A stretch of DNA of 62,458 nucleotides, the filler included, from Collodictyon triciliatum (taxonomy: Eukaryota), in the NCBI GenBank assembly GCA_043381765.1. It is 24 parts of 24 records of this genome, joined end to end, with 100 filler letters (N's around TTAATTAATTAA, not from the genome) between each part and the next. Parts side by side here need not be neighbours in the genome. Positions count along the whole stretch, not along the records: positions 49,120 to 51,708 come from JBHJMP010008623.1; positions 51,809 to 54,399 come from JBHJMP010008624.1; positions 54,500 to 57,086 come from JBHJMP010008625.1; positions 57,187 to 59,772 come from JBHJMP010008626.1; positions 59,873 to 62,458 come from JBHJMP010008627.1; 19 more parts are not named here. The stretch is one strand, 5' to 3'. The position numbers and the translations under genes are program-made. Shown one piece after another: positions 50,384 through 62,458 of this stretch. Positions within the stretch are counted from its first letter, which is position 1; each line of letters starts with the position of its first letter. The notes under the pieces were generated by a model. It made no database searches, was not told where the DNA came from, and saw nothing but the letters and a program-made list of their open reading frames with translations.

Positions 50384-51808
50384 GTAATATTTTAGCCTTC
50401 TTACAATTTGCCACCAAAACTATATTCTCAAGATTAGAGCACAATTGGATTTCTAAAATTAATCCTTTTTTTTTTTTTTGGCAAGTGATTCTACGAGTAA
50501 AGAAAAAAGAAAAGAGAGAAAAAGAAAAGAGAGAAAAAGAAAAAGAAAAAGAAAAGAAAAAGAAAAGAAAAAGAGAGAAAAAAAAAGAAAAAGAAAAGAC
50601 AAGAAAAAGAAAAGTAAAAGAAAAGGAAAAGGAAAAGGAAAAGGAAAAGAGAGAAAAAGAAAAAAAGAAAAAGAAAAGTAAAAGAAAAAGGAAAAGAAAA
50701 AGGAAAAGAAAAAGAAAAAGAAAAAAAGAAAAAGAAAAGACATACGAAAACAATAGCAAAAACATATTCTAACCCTGACAATCTTCGGCATGTACAAAGT
50801 CTGATGTGCGGTGTTAGATTCTGCGACCAGGTCTGCGGGGCCCTAGACAAAGAGAAATCAAACCGAAGAAAGGCCCAACCAGAGCAGTCAGCGCGATAAC
50901 TTCAAGGAATCACGCCGGTGCAGAGAACAGCAATATATTTGTGTGTGTATGAAATATTCAACTCCAAATGTGACTGAGCCTTAAAACAATGATAAAAGAA
51001 ACTAATGATAATGATGATCCGACGGAACAGGCCAACCACCCGCTCAAAACTAGTTGATTGATGCAACCGCGCACAACTACCAGAGAGCAACGGAGAGAAA
51101 CAGGGATACATCCCACACAAGAAAAAATTGTGTTATTGATGGATAACAGTGTCAATATGCAATCTTAAAATACACTCAGTCACAACAGAAGGGACAATAA
51201 AGGATACTAATTATAAATTCCATTTTAGAATAATCCACATTAGGTTGACACGCTTTCGCACAAATCGCAGCGCACACCCGAAGCGGCTGTTGTCGGCCAT
51301 TCTCTGGATCGGCATTGTGTCGGCGGCTCCAAACAAAGCAACGAAACAGAATGTCGAAACAGAGAATCGAAACGGAGCACGTTTACCCATTCCACCCGCG
51401 GGTTACTTTCCTTCTCAAAGAGGCGCATCAAAGCGGTTCTTCGGGCTTCTTCCTGAGAGAATCTCCATCGCGGTTGATAGTTTCAGAGGAATGCCTTGCC
51501 TTCATTCCTGTCTTTACCTCTGTCTTTGTCCCTTCCTCTGTTTTGGTTTTTTTTTATTTATTTATTTATTGTTTGTTTGTTTTTGTTTGTTTTTGTTTGT
51601 TTTTGTTTGTTTTTGTTTGTTTTTGTTTATCTTTGTTTTTGTTTTTGTTTTTGTTTTTGTTTGTTTGTTTGTTTGTTTGTTTGTTTGTTTGTTTGTTTGT
51701 TTGTTTGTNNNNNNNNNNNNNNNNNNNNNNNNNNNNNNNNNNNNNNNNNNNNTTAATTAATTAANNNNNNNNNNNNNNNNNNNNNNNNNNNNNNNNNNNN
51801 NNNNNNNN

Positions 51809-51907
<99 letters not shown>

Positions 51908-51995
51908 AACAATACAAAATAAGAAAAGGGATATCAATACTAACTTTGCCGTCGAAACAGCTTTCTCATCCACCACGCAGAAGCCCATCCAAGCC

Positions 51996-54119
51996 ATGAG
52001 CCGCCACCTCGGCAATCTTCACTTTGGCGTCACCGAACTGGACGACGACGACAACGACGACCAAAGCGACGATGGCACCGAATTACAGGAGAAGCCGAAA
52101 GAGACAAAGCCTGCCGCCCGCACCACCTCCTTGTTCGGCGGTGCAGGTGCATCCTTTGGCCGAGGCCGCGGACTTGGCTCCAGCAACGCTTCTGCCATGA
52201 GCCGTGCGCAGGCCTTTCTGAGCGGCTCTGCCCGAAAGACTTCGTTCCAAAAGACGCCCCAGACGCTGGAGGAATTCGAGGCCCAGACCGACTCCAGCAT
52301 CAGCGGCTCGTTTGATTTTGTGGACGATGATGACAACGAAGGCGCAAAGAGGAGGCCCGCAAAGACATCTTTGCCCCTGCCAGGCTCAAAGCCGGGCTCC
52401 TTCGCCTCGACTGGGCCGTCCAAGCCGCTGTCATCATTCACATCTGCCGCCTCGTCTCTGAAGAAAACCGCCCCCGCGGCTCCCATTCCGCAGAGGCCGC
52501 AGACCACCGCGCAGCTCAACACGGGTCGGCTGATGTTCCAATCTGCCAGCGACCTTGACATGCCCTCTGATGACGAAGACGAAGACGAAGATGCAGCCAT
52601 CCATGAGTCGCTGATCAGTGGAGACGACTTTCTTCCGTCTGTCCCGGCAAAGCAAACGCCTCTGGTGTCGGGGCCTCCAAAAGCAATACCTTCTGTTCCT
52701 GCACACGCGCAGATGGATGATTACGACGATGACCAGTTTGAAGATGACGAGGTCTTGAATGGGGATGAGGACAGTGATGATGTCGACCTGCGCGAGTCAA
52801 TTAAAATGGCCAACCCAGAGCCAAAGAAACCAGAGACACTCGGTACTTTGCCACCACCTCCGAAGCTGGCTTCTGTGCAACCCCCAACTTACTTGAGTCG
52901 CCTAAACGCCGCTGCAGCATCACCAACTATATCAGACGATGATGAGAAAAGCGGAGTCATCGACGAGGACTTTGAGATCGACGAAGATGATGATGAAAAA
53001 TCACTGTCCCATACTGGGGAATATGACAGCGGCCCAACATCCCCACATATATCACCAGCCAAGGGCAAGTCCGTTGCACAGACAAATGCGATCGGACACA
53101 CAAGTGCGTCTGTGCAATCAAATACTGCGGGACAAAAAGCACCCTCCAATCCAGCACCGACCAAAGATTCTGCATTTTCTACAGTTCACAAAGGCATACA
53201 GGATCTGGATGCATGGGACAGTGTGGATTTTGACTCTGAGGATGTCATCCACGAGACTCAGTCACAAGCTCGGTCGGAGGCATCATCTCATTCGAATCCA
53301 AAGTCCAATTCAAGCAACAACCAAACTTTACCTCCAGCCAAACTTGTGGCACCATCACCTACACTATGTACAATACACTCACAAACAAAGCCGTCTCCAA
53401 CTTTACAGGCCCCTGCAAAAGCGGTCGCTCCTTCCCCGACTCCTTCTGTAAGCCAATCACAGACCAACCCGCCGCATATAACCAATACCGCGACAAAATT
53501 GACTCCGTCTCCGTCCCCAGTGCCATCTCTTGGACAATCGCAATCGAAACAACAGCATGCATTCTCTATAATTCCTGCCAAAATCACTCCTTCCTCATCT
53601 CCAGTTCCATCGTCCACACAATCGCATAACAAACAAACAATGAATTCACCTATGTTCAACCATAAAGTTGGATCGGACGCGAGGCCTGCTTGGGATTCTT
53701 CAGAGACTCTAGAACCAAACTCCAAACCATATGCCTCATCTGCAGAGCAAAGAATAGGAGTGACGCGGCCAAGTCCAAATACATGGGCAAAGCCTAGTGC
53801 AGAATTGGACTCCGAAGATGATAAGAAATGGGGATTCAGAAGAGGAAACGAACCTGGACACACTGGCATGCATGGACGAGTTGCAGTAAATAAAGAAAAA
53901 TCTGGTCTAGAGGACGAGAGACTATCCCGCCCATCCTCTGCAAGAGCCCCCATGCACCCGGCTCGGTTGGGTACTGCGCCCGAAACACAGTCCTACCAAC
54001 GAGTTAGTCAACGCCCTCCTTCTGTCCCGACTGAACGCCCACAACTTATGACCTTTGGAGCAAAACCGCCCTCGGAAATCATGAAATCGATGATGCGTGA
54101 AAAGTTTGTAAAATTTTAA
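51996..54119 (+). CDS. Large low-complexity (S/P/D/E-rich) probably disordered protein; may continue after an intron
   Basis: 707-codon GC-rich ORF with acidic patches and ~4 imperfect AKxxPSPxP...QSQ repeats. Confidence 0.8.
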   Translation: MSRHLGNLHFGVTELDDDDNDDQSDDGTELQEKPKETKPAARTTSLFGGAGASFGRGRGLGSSNASAMSRAQAFLSGSARKTSFQKTPQTLEEFEAQTDSSISGSFDFVDDDDNEGAKRRPAKTSLPLPGSKPGSFASTGPSKPLSSFTSAASSLKKTAPAAPIPQRPQTTAQLNTGRLMFQSASDLDMPSDDEDEDEDAAIHESLISGDDFLPSVPAKQTPLVSGPPKAIPSVPAHAQMDDYDDDQFEDDEVLNGDEDSDDVDLRESIKMANPEPKKPETLGTLPPPPKLASVQPPTYLSRLNAAAASPTISDDDEKSGVIDEDFEIDEDDDEKSLSHTGEYDSGPTSPHISPAKGKSVAQTNAIGHTSASVQSNTAGQKAPSNPAPTKDSAFSTVHKGIQDLDAWDSVDFDSEDVIHETQSQARSEASSHSNPKSNSSNNQTLPPAKLVAPSPTLCTIHSQTKPSPTLQAPAKAVAPSPTPSVSQSQTNPPHITNTATKLTPSPSPVPSLGQSQSKQQHAFSIIPAKITPSSSPVPSSTQSHNKQTMNSPMFNHKVGSDARPAWDSSETLEPNSKPYASSAEQRIGVTRPSPNTWAKPSAELDSEDDKKWGFRRGNEPGHTGMHGRVAVNKEKSGLEDERLSRPSSARAPMHPARLGTAPETQSYQRVSQRPPSVPTERPQLMTFGAKPPSEIMKSMMREKFVKF

Positions 54120-54933
54120 ATCTGCCACATCTAAGCTTTTATGATAATTTGTTATAACGCGACGCAAAAGTGAATCGAAGGTCAATCACTTGTGTACCAA
54201 ATTTATAACGTTCTAGTTTACTTAAAGACATTAATATCAATTCTTTTTATTTTCTTTTAAATTGTTTTTGGTAATTTATTTGAACATTTATCGTTTTGGG
54301 TTTTTTGGTTTTTTTTTGGTTTTTTTTTGGTTTTTTTTGGTTTTTTTTGGTTTTTTTTGGTTTTTTTTGGTTTTTTTTGGTTTTTTTTTGGTTTTTTTTN
54401 NNNNNNNNNNNNNNNNNNNNNNNNNNNNNNNNNNNNNNNNNNNTTAATTAATTAANNNNNNNNNNNNNNNNNNNNNNNNNNNNNNNNNNNNNNNNNNNNT
54501 CTTTCTCTTTCTCTTTCTCTTTCTCTTTCTCTTTCTCTTTCTCTTTCTCTTTCTCTTTCTCTTTCTCTTTCTCTTTCTCTTTCTCTTTCTCTTTTTCTTT
54601 GTGTAATCGGAATGTGAGACATGCTTTGTGTTATGAGTGTTGCCAGATGTTCTTGGCTCGATTAATGAGAGCATGTGGTCAAGAAACCATAATTATTGTA
54701 TACTATTAAATACCTCTTCATGAAAATAGATAATTCACGAAAATATATAGTTTAAATATCAAAAATATGATATTATAATTTAAATTCCACGTTAACATAC
54801 CCACAAAAGGATAATTTGTGAATAAAATCACCACCACAGCGGCGATTCTCGATACCCTTCTATATTAATCGAATTGGGAATCCGACAGTCACCAACACGA
54901 CTATTTTATCATTTTTGCGAGTAGGCGCAGAGA

Positions 54934-56823
54934 ATGTCTTTGAACATACCTCACCAAATACAGCTGTATCCCCATTCGCCTCATCAGGCACACACCAACA
55001 AGACAATACAAACAGACTTGATGAAAAGCCCTCCAAACAAACCAGCAAGCAGCCAGAAGAAGCTTCAATTGGCTGCCAACCAGCTGCACCGCCCAGTATA
55101 TCTAACGCCCTTTCCTTTCCCTTCAACTTTCGATAGCATCGTCCCACTTCAGAGAGTGGGAATGACAAGCGCAAGCAAGAAACACACCCGTACGAGTTAC
55201 GTCGTCTCAGAATCATCACAGACGGCTCATTCTACTTCAGCGAAACCTGTTGTGCGTGGCTTCGCGCTCGATGGCAATCAGTTGCACCAGCAGCCCTCTG
55301 TTGGCAACAGCGACAACAAAAAGGCTGATTCTAAGTGGCCGATCCAAGAGCTGAGGAAAGCTTTGGGTGAGGCCCTTTCCATATGGCTGCGCGTCTTTAT
55401 CCAATGTGTGCCTTTTCTCTTTGTTTTTTCGATCATTTTGTTAGTCTATTACTTCCCCATAATTGCATTAACGCATGGTAAGTTGAATGCCGTCCGAGGA
55501 ATTCTTTACAAAAATCTCCTGTGGGCCCTGATACAACTTTCAGTTTATTCATGCTATGTTTCCTGTATTGTTGCGATATTTGGTGGGCAAGCGTGTCGCT
55601 ATTCTATTTATCTTATTGCATGGCCCTTCTGCACAATCGGCGTGATTCTTACATTCCCTCTCCCTATTCCCCCGACCCTATCTGGATTGGTCAGCATATT
55701 TCTTTGCATGATTGCTCCCTATCTTATGTTTTACATAATCATAAAAACAAACCGCAGTCACGGTAAAATTGCACACGATACTTCAGTTCACGGCGCTATC
55801 CATCATGCGGATGTGGGCAACAATTCTGGTGCTAACCCTGAGATAGACAAGCCTGAGCTATGCAACAATAACGACACTCTGACCCATGACGGAACGCCAC
55901 AAGCACTTGTCAAAGGATGGATTGGGTTTTCGATCATATTTCCTTTGTTTTCTTTCTCTATAGATACTTATATAAGGGTCAATTTTGTTTACAAGATGAT
56001 TATTAGGCTGGCTATCATGCCAGCAACTCTATGGCTTCTTAACTCTGTCCAACAGTATTTATTAATTGGACTGTCCCTCGGGCATATGGAGAAGCGCTTA
56101 CTTATATCCGTTTGCGTCAGCCAATTACTTCAATTTCTGGGTAGACTTATGATATCAAATACAACTGGAGCTAATTCATCGTCGTCAACGTTGTCAACCG
56201 GATTCATCATAGTAAATATTGGAATGACTCTGGTGGATATTCTTAGTCGCCTTACGTATCTAAATCGAAGGAAGCACTTTCGTATTCTGCTATTCTCTAT
56301 TGAAAAGATAAAAAAGACATTAAAATCTCTTTTTTGTTGTACCCATTTTTGTAATCTTAAGATTCTTTGCCAGGATTCAACACTAGTGAACGTTAGAGAG
56401 CTACAAAATTCATCTGTACAGGAACAAGAGGATGATGTAGAGCGTGGATTCGAGCCTGAGGATGATTTGCAATATGTAAAAGAGTTTCGAGCACGGCAAT
56501 TAATTCATGAGATGGGAGCAGAGATTCGGGTCCTCGTCTTTGTTCCGATGATGATGTACTTTTTTCATCCCATCAACCCAGGCACCACTTACCACACAAT
56601 ATCAACCACCAAAGAATTGGCCGAGCAAATATTCTTTCAGCTCATTCTACAGTTTTTTGGGGATATCATATGCTTGTTTGTGGAAGTCTGGGTGCACAAA
56701 ATAGAGTTTAATCATCTTGAAATCGGCATATGGGATCAATTTTTTATCCCAAAGCTCACGACGTCCTTGGTTTGTGTTCTTTATGTGCAAACATTTGTGA
56801 CAGAGTTAAACGTAAAAGCTTGA
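54934..56823 (+). CDS. Intronless 629-aa multi-pass membrane protein, unknown function
   Basis: Complete ORF with many hydrophobic segments in clusters separated by polar loops. Confidence 0.8.
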   Translation: MSLNIPHQIQLYPHSPHQAHTNKTIQTDLMKSPPNKPASSQKKLQLAANQLHRPVYLTPFPFPSTFDSIVPLQRVGMTSASKKHTRTSYVVSESSQTAHSTSAKPVVRGFALDGNQLHQQPSVGNSDNKKADSKWPIQELRKALGEALSIWLRVFIQCVPFLFVFSIILLVYYFPIIALTHGKLNAVRGILYKNLLWALIQLSVYSCYVSCIVAIFGGQACRYSIYLIAWPFCTIGVILTFPLPIPPTLSGLVSIFLCMIAPYLMFYIIIKTNRSHGKIAHDTSVHGAIHHADVGNNSGANPEIDKPELCNNNDTLTHDGTPQALVKGWIGFSIIFPLFSFSIDTYIRVNFVYKMIIRLAIMPATLWLLNSVQQYLLIGLSLGHMEKRLLISVCVSQLLQFLGRLMISNTTGANSSSSTLSTGFIIVNIGMTLVDILSRLTYLNRRKHFRILLFSIEKIKKTLKSLFCCTHFCNLKILCQDSTLVNVRELQNSSVQEQEDDVERGFEPEDDLQYVKEFRARQLIHEMGAEIRVLVFVPMMMYFFHPINPGTTYHTISTTKELAEQIFFQLILQFFGDIICLFVEVWVHKIEFNHLEIGIWDQFFIPKLTTSLVCVLYVQTFVTELNVKA

Positions 56824-57186
56824 GTTTCATCCACTTAATAGGAGTAAATTATTTTTTCTTTTTTCTTTTTTCTTTTTGTTTTTGTTTTTGTTTTTGTTTT
56901 TGTTTTTGTTTTTGTTTTTGTTTTTGTTTTTGTTTTTGTTTTTTGTTTTTGTTTTTTGTTTTTGTTGTTGTTTTTGTTTTTATATTTTCTTTTTTCTTTT
57001 TCCTTTTCTTTTTTCTTTTTTGTTTTTGTTCTATCTTTTTTCTTTTTCCTTTTTCCTTTTTCCTTTTTCTTTTTTCTTTTTTCTTTNNNNNNNNNNNNNN
57101 NNNNNNNNNNNNNNNNNNNNNNNNNNNNNNTTAATTAATTAANNNNNNNNNNNNNNNNNNNNNNNNNNNNNNNNNNNNNNNNNNNN

Positions 57187-57715
57187 GATTGCATGTCCAT
57201 GTCCGGGCATCGCAGTTTCTTCGCTAGCAACTGATTGTCTGGTTTCCACCTGAGTTGGCTTTTGTTTGTTAGCCTGTTTTCGTTTACCTGTAGATACCTC
57301 GGGGTTAGGAGGCGTGTCTTTAGTTGTAATCGGGGTTGGGGCTGGGCTCTTATATCCTTTCGGACGAGTACTTGCTCTAGAGGGGTACCCTCTGACCATC
57401 TTGCGCTCCTCGTTGGTTGGGCTCGTCCGCGTGTTACGGGTAAAATGAGGATTTACAAAGATAGCTTTGGCCAACTTGGCCTAATTAGTTTCTTAGATGG
57501 GCACGATACCCTCGATATAAATTTATTTTATCAAAAAATTTCTTTTGGGAAATCGAGATGGTAAGACGAATCCCTGTCAATTGCTGGCTAGGGACTGGAT
57601 ACTTTCTGATATATTGTTTTTGGTTGAAAACCTGGTAGTCGAGCTCTTGAGAGGGTTTTTCTTCAGGAGCGGTCAGGGTTTTAGATCGGGAGAGCAGAAA
57701 AAGCTCTCTCTCTTT
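57187..57715 (-). mobile_element. Possible 5' region/ORF1 start of a retroelement
   Basis: GC-richer block with basic Pro/Thr-rich ORF running off the contig edge, abruptly bordering AT-rich DNA; no diagnostic motif. Confidence 0.25.
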
Positions 57716-59229
57716 GATTAGGTGGTGTTAGCATGTTAAGATTATAATCTGCTAAACGATTTTATCATACGACACTTTTTTAAAATATGGAATTATTTAA
57801 GCACGACGGCTCATAATGAAGTTCAAATAAATTGAGGTAGGTAAGCTGGGTTAAGTGTAATTTCGCCAAATATTTTGGTATTATCAAGTAGCGATGTACA
57901 CGACTTCCATTTTCACATTCAATATCACCGACTTAAGTGTAAGACTATTTTTTATGCCTTAGGCGATTACAATTATTTCTTTAAGTTTAATCATGTCCAC
58001 CATCATTCAAGTATCAACGCGTATTCGTTATGTTACGGGTATGCGCATTAGAATATGGCCGATGGAAAAAAAATTGACTCAAGACCAAAAAAAAATGTTG
58101 GGCAAACCAAGTTATTTTTAACCATTTAATCATACGTCAGTAATTAAACGAATTAAATACCATGATGAAACACAAATTAATCGAAAGATAAACAATACAA
58201 AAATACCAAATTATGTCTTCAAGTAAAAAAAACATAAAAACATGGAACATTTTTACATAGACCTAAAAGTGATTATATATTTTCCATAACTTAACATAAA
58301 ATGCCCATTCTTAATAGCAATAAGATATTACCTTACCATCATAATACTATCGAGCCATACTCACTCAAGCATACACATATATTTTGGGCCAAATTCTACA
58401 ATTAAAAAATTCACCAAAATTTATCCACACAGCAAATATGTATTCACCATAATCTATCAACTTAATGCTATATGAAGGAAAAAAACTTTCGAAGGTTTTT
58501 AAAGCATTCCAAAAAACTGCTCATAAGTTTAACGCATGTCAGAGGATATTTGTAACTATTTTAAATTGTGTTATTGTCACCATTGGTAATAAAAGTATAT
58601 CACTCTGATGCTTTAAAATAAATAAACTATGTACCAAATAATCAAACTCAACCCTTTAATAAGTGAACAAATATATCAAAGATAACTAAGTTTCAATATT
58701 ATAAAATTCAAAATCAGTTTCTTTCTAGTAAAATTTGCCTAATCATTTTTCTGTAAGCCATCAATCACAAAGACCAATACGTAGTAGATAATGCAGTATA
58801 AACCATATTTCCGGCACGAAAACTAGATATTTATTTTCATCATACTGGATTTTTTATAACGTAATCATATGCTGAACATGAATTTCATAAATAAATATAT
58901 TTTACGGACCGTGAAATATATTCTTTTTATATTCTATTCATTTCGTCTCAAATAATAATGGAACTCTTGATTTACTCAACCATTCGACTCTTCTTAAAAG
59001 TCATTCGCAAATGATGCAAAATAAGATTTTGAGATATCAATAAGCCACTGCACACTGCAAGCGTAATCGCGGTCTTCAAGAGCTAACAATCATAATGCGG
59101 CCCATGCACTGTTTTTATAAAAAAAATCACAATATTTGCGCATTAATGATGGTGTTGCTGATACACACAAATCATAGCAAAGATAATAATAGTGATAATG
59201 ATTATAATAGATGAACTGGTTACATATAT

Positions 59230-59772
59230 TCTTTTCCTTTATTCGACTCAAAGTGCAGCGAGGTTATGCCATACAAAAGGGCGGGATGGGAGCGCATGGC
59301 AGAGAGCAAACGCGAGTAGGGGAAGACACTACCGTGGAGAGGCTGGCACTGGAAAGAAGTCAGTGATAGCGAGTTGGTCAGGTGGGCGTCCCAACTGGTT
59401 GATTGGCTGCGTGGATAGCAGGGGTTGGATATGCTGTGGGAGATATCTTACGACACATTCCCACATCTCTCTCCGTTTGCGGTCAGAGTAGCGAAGAATG
59501 CGAGCGTGTTTCAGCAGACTGTTCAGGAAGCTGTATTGCACGAGGCTTTCAAGCCTGGATACATTGATTTCTCATTCGGGTGAATCATTGGAGCGAGAGA
59601 ATGCACGCACACTCCATAAAAACCACAGCATATGTCCCCTTGTGACTGTTCGGAGTATTTTAGAGTCATGGGTCATTTGGTATTGTGGGCCAAACAGGAT
59701 GTCAGACGCGCTGAGTCGGTTGGGAGCATAATCAAGCTCAGAGAGCATCTTGTGGGTAGACTCTGTCACTTT
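59230..59772 (-). mobile_element. 3' end of a subfamily-B L1/Tx1-like retrotransposon
   Basis: Highly similar to 27705-28025; ORF ends SFLNSLLKHARILRYSDRKRREMWE...QLAITDFFPVPASPR*, then short UTR and A-rich end. Confidence 0.85.
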
Positions 59773-62300
59773 NNNNNNNNNNNNNNNNNNNNNNNNNNNN
59801 NNNNNNNNNNNNNNNNTTAATTAATTAANNNNNNNNNNNNNNNNNNNNNNNNNNNNNNNNNNNNNNNNNNNNACGATTGCAATTTAATTTATTTATGTAT
59901 TATTCATCAATTTTCAACTAGGAACATTATCTCTGTATTGATGCACACGTAAAATACCTCAATGACTAAATTATCAATTATAAATTACCTTTGAAACGAT
60001 TGTGCCGGTAATTTTATTGATATTCAGACCTTCGTTGCCTTTCTCATAGTAATAATTATATTTTGTATCAAAATCTAGTACTAACCTTAGTGCAATAGAC
60101 TTATTCTATTCAGAGCTTCAAAGAACCTTTATAGCTTATAGTCTTCAAATTCTCAATGAAATATATGATTTACATATCACTAATAATAGTCATAATAATA
60201 AAACATTTTTTTATCAGAGTGATTTGGTTTTGATTAGTATAGCTGGTTTTAGCTCTATGAATCATTTTAATATGGTGACTGTGATAAATATGTCCTTTAA
60301 AGAGAGGTCAATTAAAAATCACTATATTTGGGACTTATGATAGAAAAGGAGATAATGATTGACATTAATCAGATAAATAAATGCATAATAATACTGAAAC
60401 GGGTTGTGAATCATGAAATCTATTAGAGATGATATCCAATACTCACACAACATATTTTTATATTGCAATCAGTTATTGATAAAATTTTACCGAATATTAG
60501 GATGTGATTCATCGTTTGGGCCCCTATTTTGTACATAGACGGTTATACTTCAAGGGTCGACATATTTTATATTTTATATATAATCAATAATATAGTTAAC
60601 TGAAAGACAATTTGCTAAGTTATATTAAATCATAATTATAATTTTAATCAGATACTATCGAAATCCATGTTCTAAAGGAAATATTTTTGTTTGCTCCTAT
60701 ATGATGTTCATTTGATAAAGTCAAGCGAACAGTAATTATATTATCATTGAACCAATATAAGTTATCGAATAATATGATAATATTACAGCTATGATTATCT
60801 GATGAATAATATGTATAAATATTATACGAAAACAATATAACGATTTGAATCAGTATATCTCGATAAATATGCACATTATGATAATGAATAATTATAGCTT
60901 GATTAATTTTTATTGGAATTTCTTGGTATTTATAGTTTTTCATTTAGAGGAATGTTAAAAATAAATGTTCAACAAATAAAGCAATTTTTCAAAGGATACC
61001 ACTGGTTCTGGAAATGAATATTTCATGAGATTATATTTTACAATATTTTGATGAATAATCTATTAATACATGCACTTGAATTAATTATCGTATATCATTC
61101 AATTTTAATTTTATTCCCATAAATCTCATAATTAATCGATATATCAATTCGATTAGTTATTAAAATTATATGTCATTAACTCACTTATTACTTTTAAGCA
61201 TTATATCATCTGCTCATCCAATTTTGGAATTCTGACAAAACAACTTAAATGTATGATATATTTTTGATCGATTAATCAAATTAATTGGATGTTTTGTGAA
61301 TTTAGACGCTGTTTTAAAGAATACATGATTGAACAACCAATTTATTAATTATTGCTTTACTTTATCAATATTTATATACGAAACATGTGAACAAAAATGT
61401 AACCAAATGATTGACATGTGTTTTCCTTGATGACATGTTTTATTCATAATTTTATTATAGATTTAATTTCCTGATATACATAACATATAACTGTTTTTTT
61501 TCATATTTCATTTTTTAAACTCGTTCAATTTGTATGAATAATAAAATAATTAATTTTATATTTTTTAACTATAGGTGTGATATATTTTGATTTTAAAGTG
61601 CATATAATTGATTGAAAAATTCTTCTGTGGAATCGTCAGCTATTGTGTTTATCACAATTTATTGATTGATCACTTAGACAAATCAAACCTATTGTTCTCA
61701 AACTGAAACATGTATTATCTTATCATTTAAACTTAAACTTGATTTTTTTTTGATTTATTATCATGTCCTATTCACAATAAGGCTAATTTGCATGAGTCCC
61801 ATATTTCATATTGTTTTCGTAAATTGATTGATTTGTTTTTAAGGCAATTATTCATCTAATAATTGATTATTGATTTTCCTATAAGTATCAAATCAAAATC
61901 TACTTATAATTGATACAAAAATGACCTTGCTAAAAATATAACCGAAGACTAATGAATTTTTATCAGTTTCATCCTAATTTGTGAGTTGATATCGATTTAA
62001 TTTCAGATGATGACTATTTTTCAATTTTAATATAAATGAATCGATTGAATAAGTCACTATACCATCAAATAAAATAGCCATGTTTGTCGATGGATATGAA
62101 TAAGAGTATTTTATAGAGATTTATATATGAGATTTATCGAAGTTATGTGTAGATAGTCTATCTATGTATTTTTGAATCAATCAATGATAATTGAGTAGAG
62201 TGGTTCAATATTAGATGTTTAAGTAAATGTCTTGATTGGTTGTTACACCACTTCATAAAATTTTGTATAAATGTTTAAACACTCATCGCATTAGTTTAGA

Positions 62301-62458
62301 ATGAGATTGAACTCAAAGTCGTTTGCAGCTCTGTTGCTGTCGGGTGAGTTTTAAATTATTTGTTTTAATTTTATTGACTTCAAATTACATAGAATTTTAA
62401 TTAATATAATTTCAGGATTGATGCTCCACTGCCAATTGTGTCTTGTTGAAGGGCAAGA
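62301..62458 (+). CDS. 5' end of a putative secreted protein (signal peptide, 2 exons)
   Basis: ATG 62301; G|GTGAGT donor 62344, TTCAG acceptor 62415; MRLNSKSFAALLLSG|LMLHCQLCLVEGQ. Confidence 0.55.

Noticed and set aside
52019-53953. Long antisense ORFs opposite the 707-aa gene (also opposite the PH-DUF547 gene)
   Set aside because: Expected shadow ORFs of long coding exons; no independent motifs.
1-62458. tRNA, rRNA or snRNA genes, including tRNA-targeted retroelement insertion
   Set aside because: No cloverleaf, A/B-box or rRNA signature recognised by eye; tRNAscan-SE/Infernal would be needed to exclude them.

Overview
AT-rich, intron-rich eukaryotic (probably protist) draft-genome DNA. 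It is not one locus: 24 short contigs (mostly ~2.59-2.60 kb, roughly size-sorted; two ~1.5 kb) are joined by artificial 100-bp N44-TTAATTAATTAA-N44 spacers, so neighbourhood across spacers is meaningless. Most contigs break at microsatellites or retrotransposon copies. Manual splicing recovers partial or complete genes resembling HRD1/SYVN1, an SGNH/PC-esterase, FAF1, RMC1, an STE20 kinase, Mic19, a TAF4/ADA1 histone-fold protein, COG5, a VHS protein, a sulfotransferase, an alpha/beta-hydrolase-fold protein, a PH+DUF547 protein and RBM18, plus a decayed Zn-alcohol dehydrogenase, several orphans and fragments of L1/Tx1-like non-LTR retrotransposons. Most notable: (1) one ~11-exon gene with EF-hand pair / Raw-like nucleoside-deoxyribosyltransferase-like domain / EF-hand pair; (2) a canonical PCNA-binding PIP box (one a full PIP-degron consensus) at the extreme C-terminus of ORF2 in two diverged retrotransposon subfamilies; (3) a ~54-bp minisatellite interrupted by three copies of an intron-like cassette; (4) a CaaX-tailed STE20 kinase; (5) a hydrolase lacking its catalytic Ser. 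All family calls come from motif recognition by eye, no searches were run, and exon boundaries are manual predictions.
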